From Somniosus microcephalus (Eukaryota), in assembly GCA_052327205.1 (NCBI GenBank), contig CM126202.1:80104001-80168000 (forward strand): a DNA stretch of 64,000 bases, written 5' to 3'. Under the pieces are notes generated by a model. It made no database searches, was not told where the DNA came from, and was given only the letters and a program-made list of their open reading frames with translations. A program made the translations under genes and the position numbers. Positions 50,701 to 63,880 of the stretch are shown here, one piece after another; the first letter of the stretch is position 1; each line of letters begins with the position of its first letter.

Positions 50701-53700
50701 TGCTGCTCGTTTCTTTGCTACTTTTTTATTTGGGGGTGGGGGGACTCCTGTGCTAGGCGGGCTTTTCACTTCGGTGAATGGCTTTTCTCCTTACAGCCTC
50801 TGGAGGACAATCCTGCTGCAGGTTTTCTGAACCGGAAACGTGCCAGTCGGAAGCCCAGTGAGTCTAGTCTGACAGAGATGTGAGGTGTGTGTTTTATTTC
50901 CCCAAACCCTCTAATAGGAATTGATCTCCAATGTGTCATGTGGGACTCTCAATCACACTTGTCCAGCATATTTAAAATGCATCATTGTAAAACTAGACTG
51001 GATCCATTCAAAAGGCATTTGTCCTGTTAAGTGGACACTTTCAACAGCTGCTCCTCCGGCGTGAATTCGGCGTTTGGAAATCTTGGTATTTATTTTTCAA
51101 AAATGTCCTAAAAGTTTGAAGTAAAGGCCAGGATCCACCAACGGAATGCAGTGACTGTAAATTGTAACTGTGCTTTCAAAAGCTTTTTTCCTTTGGCCCA
51201 GGAAGCGCTGCTCCCTTGAAAGTCTGCACCGTTTAAACAGTGTGTGTGTGTGTGTAAATAGAGCGTGGCACATAGTCGGGAAGGGCTTATTTAACACGAA
51301 TATACACGCAGATGATGTAAAGTTCATCACCAGAAGGGCAACTAATTAACAAGAGGCAGCACCTTAAAACAGGCCCGACCATACCGAACAAGCGTGGCTC
51401 GCACGTGCTGATACAAAGGATTTCGACACTGTCATCTGTCAGCTCGGAAGCTGAAAGTAAACAATGATATAGATTATTTCACGGGTCACAGACAGGAAAA
51501 GCAGTTAATGTCCCAGAATGGCACAAATTCATTCTTGTGTCAAGCTCGGCAACTGGAGCCCTTTATGATCAATAACTGGGCAGGATCCTTTCGAAAGTTG
51601 AACTGGGGAAGGGTGGAGGGGTCAGTTAATCTGTCAGGGAGTGAAGAGCACAGGAACCCACACTCCCTCTCTTTGTTTTCAGTGATTCCACGTGAACTAT
51701 GTGACGGATTTCAAATTAATACGCTGATGAATACTGGAGGCCAACATGTTTTTCTTTAAAATAAAACCATTTGAGATCCTATTCTGGAAATCGTTTTCAT
51801 GATTCTTTTATTTCTAACACGTTGTCATTGAAACGAACAACAAAACGCCCTGTTAAAAGAGCGCCCGGTAAAAGCAACCGGACTGCAGACGGCTCTCTGT
51901 GTTGTTCTAAATAGAAAAAAGGGGTAATGGGCAAAGCTGCAAGTCTAAGAATGCTAACGCTTGCGAGCTGGGTCGTTATTAGACTTTCTGCTTTAGGAAG
52001 CTCGGGATTGAGTTTCATTGAATTACCTCTTTCCTACGATATAAACCATTATATATAGCCGGATTTAATTTTTTAAAAGAGGCGGGAGGGGTGGGGTGGG
52101 AGGGGGTAGAGAGTAGTAAGAAACGTTAAGGATGGTCCGCCGATCTGAACCATGAACAAGAGAAGCAATGGGCTTTTTAATTGGTATTGGCGAGTAGACT
52201 GCTCAACAGACCTGTTGAATTAATTTTTATAGAAGAAAATAAAAGTCCCTTGAATTTTCCAGAACACACATGGCATCCCCTGCTATTCGCCGCTCACTCT
52301 GCAACCTGTTTCTCCCTTACTGTTCTCAAAAGCAAGATCTCAGCGCCTGGTTCCACCGTGTTCGGTGTGTCACGGCGATTGGTGTGGTACAGCTTAAAAT
52401 GGGCCGACGCTAATCAATGGCGATTGTTGTGTTGTTTTATAATCAGTTGGGTCCACAGGTTGTGTTTTGAAATGCAGGAGGATATAAAACAAAATGGAAC
52501 CACATTTCACACTGTACGCACAGAAGAAAGAAATCACAATAAAAGTTTCTGATTTCATATTTTCAGGCTTATGTCCCTGGCCCTGGACTATATCCGGACA
52601 CCGGAGATTTTAAAAAGTACTTTGAGGTTGCGCCCTTCAAACCAATAGTGCGTCACCTTTGCCTGTTGAATTGCATTTTTAATCTGAAATATCGATAAGC
52701 AAAATCGTGTGGACTTATCGGGGGGAACCGGGATCGGCTGGGTGTTGTGTTGATACACTGATCAGAGGACGGTTCAGGAGCGTGTCTTTCCCGGAAGGTT
52801 CAGTACGTGTCGGTGTTGTACCGACAAACCCAGCAGGAGACATTTCTGTTGCAGTTTAAAACACACGATTAAAACCCCCGCACTCGCATTCAACGCGTAT
52901 TCACAATTAAGTATGTGTAAAAATTGTTTTAACTTGCCGATGAAACGTGTTGTTCAATTTTTTTTGTCAGAATTAGTCAAACAGCAGGCGTTCACCAAAA
53001 AGAATAGGGTCGAGTGAAAATCCAAAATAGGTTTTAACTTAGTTCCATTTGACTATAGCGGCACTTGTCCCGTACAAAAAGGGCATAAAACTAAAAGGTC
53101 AAAGGTATTTTTTAGCAGAGGAGCTGGGCCCGCAGATCCCCAGAGCAGTCTGTAGGGTTTTTTTACCACTTCTCTTTTTTTTCGCTTTTTGAAGTTTCAT
53201 TTGCAAGTTTTATATCAATGTTTGTCAACAAAATTGAACAGGGTCGGTTAATTTCCGGTCGTTACAGAGGCCCCCACGCCTGATTTCAAATTCAGTGTTC
53301 TTGTTTCAGAAGTAACGGGAGACGGTTATTTCAAAACAGTTCTGGGGGAGATTTTCACCAACAGGTTAATCAGGGACATTTTGAAATAATCTCCTAACCC
53401 GAAACCAGAACGCGCAGTGTCCAATATAGCACACGCCTGCAGCACGTCTATCCAACTGTATCGATACTCACTTAAAAACCAATCGAGATGCGCAAATAAA
53501 TATAACATTCATAGGGCACCGAAATCTGCCATTATTCACATTTTAGCTATTTTTATATTGTAAAACAGCAAAAAATAGAACTCTATAAACACCCCTAATC
53601 AACTCACACACAGACACATACTCAGACAGACACAGACACACAGACAGACACTCAGACAGACACAGACACAGACACACAGACACACAACCAGGGGCGATAA

Positions 53701-54398
53701 CCAGTCTCACCCTCTCGCACATGAAAGCGGAGGTTTGCGGAGTAACTGCAGTTTTTTGCCGGTTTTTCCCCCCCCAGCGCTTTCAGCTGAAGACCTGATT
53801 TCTACAGTTCCCCGTTGTACAGTGTGACAGCCGTCACCTTGTAAATATTAAATGGAAACCAAACGACTTTTGAACTTAAACGTGAAATAATTGTACTTTT
53901 TAAATTATTTAACCGATTGAACCTCAGAAGTGACCATTGGTCTCTCTTGTGAATCAGTGATCGCCAGCGGCGTTTTAGTGCAATCGGAATTCGCTACAAA
54001 GCATGAAAAAGTTACCACGTTCAGTTCTGAGGGGGAAACTACACTGAAATCAACCAGATGCCTTCTACCAACCTGTTCATTTCAGGCAGGGCAAGCACCG
54101 AAATTCACGCACGGAGATACATTTCCGCTTTGTTTGTTTACGCTGAATATTCATTTTAAGTTTTCAAAGTGCATTAAATTTGCTTTAAATATTCCCCAAG
54201 ACTTGAACGGCCATTAAACCCCACTTAGCTATTTAAAATACCTTGCTTTTTAAAACAAAGTGTCTGAACTCTTAATAGATTTTTATACTACTGAATACTG
54301 TTTAATTCTACAAATAAACACGAGGCTGTCACCAATGCGGCCGCTTCATGCTTTCTGATTACTTGTATTTTTTTTCACAGAAAGGTTTTAAAACCTAC

Positions 54399-54438
54399 CT
54401 GATCGGACACTCCTGAGCGCGCTGCCGTTTGTTTCCAT
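54399..54438 (-). CDS. PAX5: PAX5 exon 1A-like coding part
   Basis: ATGGAAACAAACGGCAGCGCGCTCAGGAGTGTCCGATCAG|gtaggt encodes METNGSALRSVRS(G), phase 1, in frame with exon 2. Its end resembles mammalian ...RTSRT(G)|gtagg, and the upstream AAAAAGGGAAACTTTTC resembles the mammalian 1A 5' UTR as recalled. Confidence 0.75.
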
Positions 54439-54488
54439 ACTAGCTCTGGGATTTCGAGTCCTTTGTGAAAAGATTGGAAGAAAAGTTT

Positions 54489-54524
54489 CCCTTTTTCGGT
54501 GTGTGTGTGTGTGTGTGTGTGTGT
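54489..54524. repeat. (GT)n microsatellite, probably in the exon 1A 5' UTR
   Basis: Pure GT run about 50 bp upstream of the 1A ATG. Confidence 0.9.
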
Positions 54525-57500
54525 TTTGTCGGCTCCGGATAATTTGACTCTTCCGCTACCCCGTCGCGTCTTTGGTGCTGCCCATTGATCCGAAACTAAA
54601 CGTTTTAGGTGGAGAAAAGGCTCTGAACAAACCGTGAAATGATTAAGGAACTAAAAGAGCTCGCTACATGTGAGATCATGTCCTGTTCGCTTTAAAAAAA
54701 ATCGCAAAGTCCCTCGACACAGCGAAAAGAAAGTAAAACTCTCACATCTGCCGGACAAATCACTCCCACCTATGGCTGTTGGTAACTTTGGTGTTGTCTC
54801 TCTCGCCTCCTATCCTCCTGATTCCAGCCTGCGAATCTGGCTGTTTACAATGCCTGGCATCTGCAAACACTTGCACCATAGGCTCAGTGTGAGGATAGAG
54901 ACTCTGAAACACAGCATCACACGCCGATCAAAGCATTACTCTCTAACATTCTGAATAATTAAAGCCTTTCTCATCGCTTCACTCTCTGTCCAACCCTCCC
55001 TCCTCAATTTGCCTCAAGAAATGTACCAAATAGGTTTACCTACAGCCCAGGGACAGTAATGGAAAACAAGTCAGCCCCCTCCCCCGAAACGAGGAAGTTC
55101 GGTGCACTTTTTGCTAGCTTTCGGTTTATTCCTTAAACATAGCGCGAAGGTTGTTTACAAATTGTACCGAATTGATTCTCCTTTCATGGGAGGGAGAGCT
55201 ATCTTAACAACTGAATGCTCGCCCCCCCCTTCTCACACAAATAGTGACATATGCAAACCGGATACCTTTTTTAATATAAAAAAAACATTTCTTGGTATGG
55301 TCACATTCTATAAGAAACTGCTGACTGATTACTTTACCTACAGATAGAAAGAGAAATAATTCGCGGAGCGGGGGGACTCAGCCGTACTTCTGACTTCAAC
55401 CCTTTCTGAAGTGGTGTCAATATTGGGGGGATGTGAGAGTGTTGTAGTAGTTGCTCGAACAGGTAATTGCACTTGTTCCACAGACAGTTCGGAAGTACAG
55501 CTCCCGCCGCACTTGACCGTTAACCGGTGACCGCCGTACAACTTTAAGGAAGTTTTAAATACGAATTCATTCGAGTCAATGGGACGGTCTCACTACAACT
55601 CAAATACCAACAACAGTCCGTGCACTTTTACACATCCCCGTCTCTCTGTTATATAACAAGCCTGGATTTATTTGGGTATGTTTACATCGCCCTGCAAAAG
55701 CACAAATGCCAGTGATTTCAGTTAAATATAAACTGAAGTTACTGAAACCTGGATCACATTGACAGCGCTCGCTGCTTTCCTGTGTTCGGTATATTTTACA
55801 TATTTAACCCCATAACACAACGCAAAATCAAACTCACTATATATCAACAATACTCAGATAAAGCGCCTTAGCTGGGTATAACCTCATGGGCAAGCTCAAA
55901 GCACGTTTTCTAGGATAAATCCACCAACGTTCTTCGATTCATATTGCCATGACAGTTTATCTTTACATTGTTTACTTTATGTTAAAAAGGGCCAAACAGC
56001 TCGCCAGAAATGTTTATGAACAAAAACGGTATTTTTTAAGTATACAAACCCAAAGGACTGTAGTTCAGAACATGGACTATCCGTTTTGCAAAGATTTGCG
56101 GGTGGGCTCTATCATTGATTCAACGAGTCTGTGAAGTGCAATCGGTTTACAGGTAAAATGCAAGGCATCCGCTCTGAAATAGCCTAGATCAAGAGTAGCC
56201 TAAAGAAAGGACCGTGTCGCCTATATTTCGGCGTTTTAATATATTATTATTGTAGCCTAAAATACTTCCGTTGATGCGTCTTAATTGTGAATTTAAATTT
56301 TTGTATTCATCAATAAACTGAAACAGGTGGGTTTAGACAGGATCGTCGTTTAAATCCGGATCACCTAAAAAAACATCTTTTTGTTTAATTTAAAGAAAAT
56401 TATTACACTCTTCACCGAATAATCCAAAATAATTATTAGGCAATTGTCACAGAATCACAGTGTTTGAACGTTTATGAAACAATAACCGTAAAATATATGT
56501 AATAGGCCAAACCAAACACAGATTCTGATCACTGGTTGTTTTATAACAACCTGATCAGGAAATGCTTACAAATGAGAAGTACGGCTAAACTTTATTAAAC
56601 TTACGCTGTTAAAAGTTGAAAATAATCCTTCCTAAAAGATCGGAAAGGAGTTACATGCCCTTTATTTTGGGGTCATTCACGTTTACACAATGCTATTAAT
56701 ATTATAAAAACTAGCATCATTGCTGAAGACAGCCGGGAGTTTACTTCCTGACAAGTGAAGGGACGATTTAATGAAGGGTAAAAATAAAGTTGATGTACAA
56801 GTTGTATTGGAACCTTCGGAGCTAACTCCGAACACAAGAAAGAAATAATTGTGCCTGCTGCCATTTTATTTGTGAATCAATTACAAATTGTTTCTCCACA
56901 GTTTGACATTCACACAGAGTACAGATCCTGCTTCCCAACGGCTTCTAGATTTTTGGTTCTGCCCAAGATCACAACATATGGAAATTCACTCGATCAAGTG
57001 AACACATCTCTTTTTTAAAACACAATTCATATGAATATAGTTAATATTAGGGCTTCAAAAAGTTACTCAATTCCAAGATCCTCACAGTTAATTTGTATTT
57101 TGATATTCAATGTGCGAGTGAAATGTCTCCCGCTATAAACTGTGATCACCTGTTTTAAACAAGTATTCAAAAATATATAATTGCTTTGTAATTATCTGGA
57201 ATATGATTAGTAGTGAGTTGTGCATCATTAGCCCACACCACATTAAAATGTATTGTGTTTACTTTCCTCACTGATATCAGCCCACAGTAATTACATGAAC
57301 CCACTGCCCTCGCTGCTCCTTTTTATTCATTAACAACAGGCAGTTGTATGAAGCGGGACAAAAGGGTTAAGACACTTTACTGTGCCCAGAACTAATCTTT
57401 GCAATCATTATTTATCAGTGTATCAATGACACTGGAGTAAATCACGCGTTGTCCCTGTCTCACATACCAGGTGTTCCGCTATCGATATAAAAAACAAACT

Positions 57501-60073
57501 TTTTCTGCTTTCAGCGTTTCTCCAAAGCACCACACGGTTTACAGCTTCCATACCCTGAGAGGTTTATTCAAGACTTTAAACGGGCATCGCTGAAAACAAT
57601 GATCCAACTCACAACTTGGCTATATTAGAATTTTCAAAAGTGGCCATATGATAATTATCATTTTCAATAAGCTGTTTAAATTTGTGAAGAACTTGGCACC
57701 CGTCAGGCCCTCGGTATTAATCAGCTGTCCAGGTTATTCTCTCAGCTGTGTGGCCTTGGTCATTAGTTCCTCTGTAATGCCCCAGCTAACAGTGCAGGGA
57801 TATGGAAATGCATTTATCTGTCATTCCTTTTGAAAATCTGGGTGTACTCACATTTTGCCCGTTGTGCAGCTGATCAAATTAAAGCCGAAATGTCAGCCCA
57901 AGTGTCACCAGATTTCACTTTTACCTGATGGAGTTCGTTGATTCCAAATGCTGACGATTGAATGGCCTCTTTGGGAGGTTTGGAAAAGCTAAGCGGGACT
58001 GAAAAATATCAGGGCTGTTGGTCTAGGTCCAGCAATTGAGGGGAAAATGTGGCCGATTTATGTGAGTCCGCGAAGTACTAAATTCAAGGGTTGACATCCG
58101 ACGAGGTTCACTTGGACTGTAACTGTCCCATTTGCCTCGAATGCGCACCTATCACCCAAACCTTCAGCAGTATTCACAAGATCGCACCGATCTCTATCCC
58201 GCTAGCTTTAGTAGAAAGTTTCAGGAGAAAACTCCTTTTATTTAAAAAACATAATTGGACCACTGATGTGACTTTTGATCTGCTGCAGTGTTTCCATTGG
58301 GGGTTTTCTTGACGGGGGACTGAGAACAGAACCAGAGGTGATGATGAGAAGTGGAATATATAGATTTACATCGTTCTGCAAAAGAAGAGTAATGAACCGA
58401 GTCACCTGGAGAGCATAGCTGGAATAATCTCTTGCACCTAGTCAATAAACAGCAAGGGAAACATGGCGGTCGCATTTTTAATGGTGATTTGCAGTAGCGT
58501 GAAGGCAAACCTGTCGGGATAACCCGCTCAGTTTGTTTTAATATGAGCACCCTACATTTGGAATGTCTCCATTTTGCACTGTGAGCAAGCAGCGCTAAAA
58601 GGCGACATTTACAGACCTTAACGTTTCATTATCTTTGATTTACAATGAAATATATAGACACAACGAATATTCATAAATATGCAGCTGATGGGTTACACCT
58701 TTTATTTTGGTCAAATTCAATACATGATGTAGAAAGATGTTAAAATCCATTTTTCTACATATGATATATGCAACCCTACTTTCCCACAAGACTTTCACCC
58801 AAACTAAATGTTTCAGTGTGGTTACATCTCTACAGTAAGCGATGTTTCATTATGATCAGAACATTGCACCAAGTAATCATTGGCCTGCGTCCTCTTTGGG
58901 ACCAGAATTGAAACGGAGTTCTAAGATGAACAACGTCTTTGTATTAAGCTCAGAACATCTCAGTGCTCTCCAATAAGCAGTAGGTCCAAGATCAATTATA
59001 TATATTTATGATGATTTCATCAACAGATGAATATATTTTCCAAAATATAAAGTTAAATTATATTTTTTAAACTTTGGCCCTGTACACATATTATAAGTTA
59101 CGTTCTCTCCCTATCAAAATAGAGGCCATTTAGATATCCTATTCCCTGGCCTCAGGTGATGCTGCTCTGGAGATATGCATCCCTCAGTCGGCCTAGCTCA
59201 AGCTAATAACTCGTTATGTGGAAATCAATGGAGAAGAGTCAAATCACATGTTTATGTTTGGATTTGTTGCTTTTCCATTATAACATTAATTAACATACAT
59301 ACAGCGACTAGTCACTGATTTGTTAGACATATTATGATGTAACAGTATGAAAGAGTGAAATGACCTTCCATAAATGGCTCTGAAATCTTGCACTCTGTAG
59401 TGAGACAACAAATGAAACTAATTTGTTCTCTGACAAGAACTATTAATTCAGATTTAAATACAATGTGTTTAAAAAAGATTTTGCCTGTCCATCACAGTCA
59501 AAAAAACAAAGCTACCTGACAGATCAAATATGCAACAAACATAATTGTAGAATAAAATATAGGGTAAAGGTCATTCACTCAGCGATGACATTCCTACAAA
59601 AAGGAAATGCCATATAGATAAAGTAGATGGACAAATAATAAGATTAAACATAGATGTTAAATAAACAGACTAGCACAAGAGCATTCAAATTAAGATTTTG
59701 GACTAGGAAGTGACCCGGCAGCTATCAAAGAACATAATGCCATAGACTAGAAAGAAAAACACAGCTTAGAAACAGCAGATAGGCTGATGGAAAATAAGTT
59801 TTAATTTTGTGTTTTAAATCTGCGTATAGGAAAATGGACCTACCTAGTCAAAATATCTAGAAAAAATATGAACAGAAGAAGTTGAATCCCCTTCACTGTG
59901 GAAAGTAAGTCCATACCAAGGAGTTACCTGAAATTGTCCTAAGGTGACCTTTTCTTTTATTTCCTTCCTCCTTATGCAGAATCACCAGACCTCTGCTTAG
60001 TATCTTTTTGTAGTGGCATGGCTAAGATTAAGAATTCATTGTGAGAGCAAGCATGGGCTCATCTCCATTTCTT

Positions 60074-61268
60074 AACATAAGAACATAAGAAATAGGAGCA
60101 GGAGTAGGCCATTTGGCCCTTTGAGCGTGCTCTGCCATTCAATAAGATCATGGCTGATCTTCTACCTCATCTCCCCATATCCCTTGATTCCCTTAATATT
60201 CAAAAATCTATTGATCTCTGACTTGAATATACTCAACAACTGAGCCTCCACAGCCCTCTGGGATAGAGAATTCCAAAGATTCACCACCCTCTGAGTGAAG
60301 AAACTTCTCCTAATCTCAGTCCTAAATGGCCGACCCCTTATTCTGAGACTGGGGGAAACATCCTCCCTGCATCTACCCTGTCAAGCCCTCTATGAATTTT
60401 GTACGTTTCAATGAGATCACCTCTCATTCTTCTAAACTCTAGAGAATATCGGCTTAGTCTTCTCAATCTCTCCTCATAGGACAATCCCCCCATACCAGGA
60501 ACCAGTCTGGTGAACCTTCATTGCACTCCCTCTATGGCAAGTATATCCTTCCTTAGGTAAGGAGACCAAAACTGTACACAATACTTCAGGTGTGGTCTCA
60601 CCATGATGCTATATAATTGCAGTAAGACATCTTTACTCTCATACTCAAATCCTCTTGTAATAAAGGCCAACATACCATTTGCTTTCCTAATTGCTTGCTG
60701 TACCTGCATGTTAACTTTCAGTGATTCATGTACAAGGACATCCAGGTCCCTCTGAACACCAACATTTCCCAATCTCTCACCATTTAAAAAATACTCTGCT
60801 TTTCTATTTTTCCTACCAAAGTGGATAACTTCACACTTCTACACATTATATTGAATTTTACCATGTTCTTGCCCACTCACTTAGCCTGTCTGTATCCCCT
60901 TGAAGCCTCCTTACATCCTCCTCACAACTTACATTCCCACCCAGCTTTGTATCATCAGCAAACTTGGGTATATTACATTTGGTCCCCTCATCCAAATCAT
61001 TGATGTAGATTGTAAATAGCTGAGGCCCAAGCACTGATCCTTGCGATACCCCACTAGTTACAGCCTGCCAACCCGAAAATGACCCGTTTATTCCTACTCT
61101 CTGTTTTCTGTCCGTTAACCAATCCTCAATCCATGCTAGTATATTACCCCCAATCCCATGAGACCTAATTTTGTTTAATAACCTCTTGTGTGGCACCTTA
61201 TCGAATGCCTTCTGAAAATGCAAATACACCACATCCACTGGTTCGTCCTTATCTATTCTGCTAGTTAC
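60074..61268 (-). mobile_element. CR1 LINE 3' fragment (RT domain)
   Basis: DVVYLHFQKAFDKVPHKRLL...GVSQGSVLGPQLFTIYINDLD...KFADDTKLGG and RPHLKYCVQFWSPYL, with an (aacataag)n tail at 60074. Confidence 0.95.
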
Positions 61269-62699
61269 AACCTTGGAGCAGTGCAGTAGGTATACAATCA
61301 AACCATCCTGAACAACAAATAATCTTTTCCCTTCTTGCTCTATGTTGCATAATGTGAGTCGCTGAAACTTTCTCTCTTAGAATGATCACCTTCCTGTTGA
61401 ATTTATGATCAATATCTATTAGATGTTCAGGTACTTCTGACATTACAGAAAAAGGTGCAAGATCTGGAAAGCTGAAATAAACAGAGAACAGAAGTTTGAA
61501 CATTATATATAGAACACTGATTTTATTAGTCTTTCTTAGACATTTAGTCTAAATTATATATAATTAGCAATTTGTTGGAATAATGACCATTACAACATAC
61601 AGTAATCCCTCACTAGAACAGTTTCTGATGTACATGATATAGAACACAATGTTTATGGCTGCATCAGTAGCAAAAAAATCATATAGTGCACCTTTACTAT
61701 ATCATATTTCATATAGATTCTCTAAACTATTATAGAGATGGTGTATGCTGCACACAAGAAGAGTAAGGTTTACTATATCTACATTATGTGATAATGACTC
61801 CCTGTTTTTCAGTTATTTTCTCTCCTTCCATGATTCCCTATTCAACTCATCACTCATGGCTAAAAGGCTGGGTAGGCAATTTGCTTCCTGGCAAATGCCA
61901 ATGCCATTCTGAACCAGCCACTAGGAGATGGACAAGACTACCCAAAGCTGACTTTCCTCTGAATTTTCTCTCCTTTCATGTGTGGAAGTGCCTACCATCT
62001 CCAGTGTGTTGTGGCAAGTCAGTGCATTGGGGATGGTGGGATCAAACTGACAGACCACCACTTCATAGCATCGGTATTGGTGCTCCACCGTGCTGCCTGC
62101 AGTTTCAGTATGATAACATCTTAATAAAAAATGTAACGAAAAATGGACAAAGGTAACATTTTCTTGAGTTCAGCAGTAAAGTCGTTAATATTCGCACATG
62201 TACGCACAAGGTCATCCTGTATGACCAGTGTCTCTGCCCTTTACAAAAAGTCCAATAAATAAACATTTTGAAATCTTACCGACCAAGGAATTTCAGTGGA
62301 GTGTGCTATGAATTCATCCCAAGCCTATAAGCTTCAATGAGCACAGAAAGTATATTTCACAAATATTTATTATGTAACCGATTTGAATTTATTTTGGGAA
62401 AAATATTTTGTTAAGTTCACAGCATATTCTGTACATGATTTGGTTTATGTCACAATTGGCTGGAAAACTAAATCAAAATAGTTCCAGTGGTTGACTTTTG
62501 ACCTGTGAGTGAAACACGGTTTTTTTTGCACTATACAGACAGCCATTTATAAACCTAATACAAATATAACACTTCATTACTATTGACTGTTAACCAAATT
62601 GCCAACTAAGGATGATTATCCCTATTTTGCACACTGGAAGACAAAGAACAATTGATACTGGATATGATAACAGTGGAGTAATCTTATCAAAGGGGTTCA

Positions 62700-63050
62700 T
62701 GTTGTTGTTTTCATATCTTCAGACTCTTTCCTTGGAGAATAGTGTGATGTTGAGGAAGGATTCGCAGGCTGATTAACAGTCTGACAGGCCGCGACATGAA
62801 CGCTCCTTCTATGGCCGTAACCATCTTTATACCAGTCAATAGGGTGGTTAGTCCTATACGTCAGGAGGGTATTATGGGCTCTCACAACACATACAATGAA
62901 GGGGGCCACCCACACCCACCAGATGCAAGTATCCCACCGGATGTCAACCCAGAATTCAGAGCCGGAGCTCCGGTCTCTGCTCATCGGGACTGTCTGCACC
63001 TTCTGACTCAGGGCGGAAATGGTACCACTAAGCTAAAGGGTCACTCCAAG
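62700..63050 (-). mobile_element. Possible tRNA-headed SINE
   Basis: Minus strand begins TTTAGCTTAGTGGTACCATTTCCGCCCTGAGTCAGAAGG (A-box-like) and GC content rises locally. Family not recognised. Confidence 0.3.
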
Positions 63051-63401
63051 GGTCAGGTGATGCCACAAATAACAACAGCCAAGTTTTGAGCAGTTCACAA
63101 ACACCATCTGACACCTAAGGTGAGGTTACATCCTTAAAATAGCTCTTGTGCATCCATTTTTTAATAATTATATACTGTGGAGTTAGTGGAGGAAGCTTTA
63201 TTTAATTTTTGTTCTTTCTTTGTTGATGATGAGGAACATGTGAGATGTTGATGACCATGGAGTTCCATACAGTTCCTTGAAGACATCTTCAATGAAGGAT
63301 GAACTGTAACATTATCCTTGGGAAGTCTGTTAAAGTACAAACCAGCTTATAAGCTGGGTAGAATTTATTATAGAAATTGAAGCCAAACACGAACGCTTTA
63401 T

Positions 63402-63482
63402 GTTAACTCTGCTGCCCGTATCCTAACTCGCAACAATTCCCATCACCCCTGTGCTCGCTGACCTACATTGGCTCCCTGTTCA
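63402..63482 (+). mobile_element. L2 ORF2 fragment
   Basis: AACTCTGCTGCCCGTATCCTAAC...CCCATCACCCCTGTGCTCGCTGACCTACATTGGCTCCC (PITPVLADLHWL). Confidence 0.7.
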
Positions 63483-63529
63483 TCAGCCAGCCAGCACAGA
63501 TTGGCAAAACAAGTTGACAAATTAATTGA

Positions 63530-63625
63530 AGTAAAAACAGAAAATGCTGGAAACAGTCAGCAGCTCAGGCAGCATTTGTGGAGAGAGAAACAGTTAAAGT
63601 TCCAGGATGATGGCCTTTCATCAAA
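63530..63625. mobile_element. Penelope-like element remnant
   Basis: AAAAACAGAAAATGCTGGAAA..TCAGCAG..GGCAGCATTTGTGGAGAGAGAAACAG, the same family as 23196 and 25152. Confidence 0.65.
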
Positions 63626-63629
63626 ACCC

Positions 63630-63880
63630 AAATTTACTGGAGTCCTTTGAGGAAATAATGGAGTCTATTGATAAAGGAAATGCAGTTAAGGTTGTGCATA
63701 TGGATTTTCAAAAGGCATTTGATAAAGTGCCTTGTGGGAGGCTTGTTGATAACATTAAGGCACATGGTATTAAAGGGAATGAGACATCATAAATTGGAAG
63801 TTGGCTAAAGGACAGAAAACAGTGAGTAGTCACTAATGGATGTTTTTTGGATTGGAAGGATGTAAACAATGGTGTCCTTT
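63630..63880 (+). mobile_element. CR1 RT fragment
   Basis: LLESFEEIMESIDKGNAVKVVHMDFQKAFDKVP. Confidence 0.85.

Noticed and set aside
51378-51435. Candidate first exon MTVSKSFVSARASHACS with a GTATGG donor
   Set aside because: Phase 0, so out of frame with exon 2.
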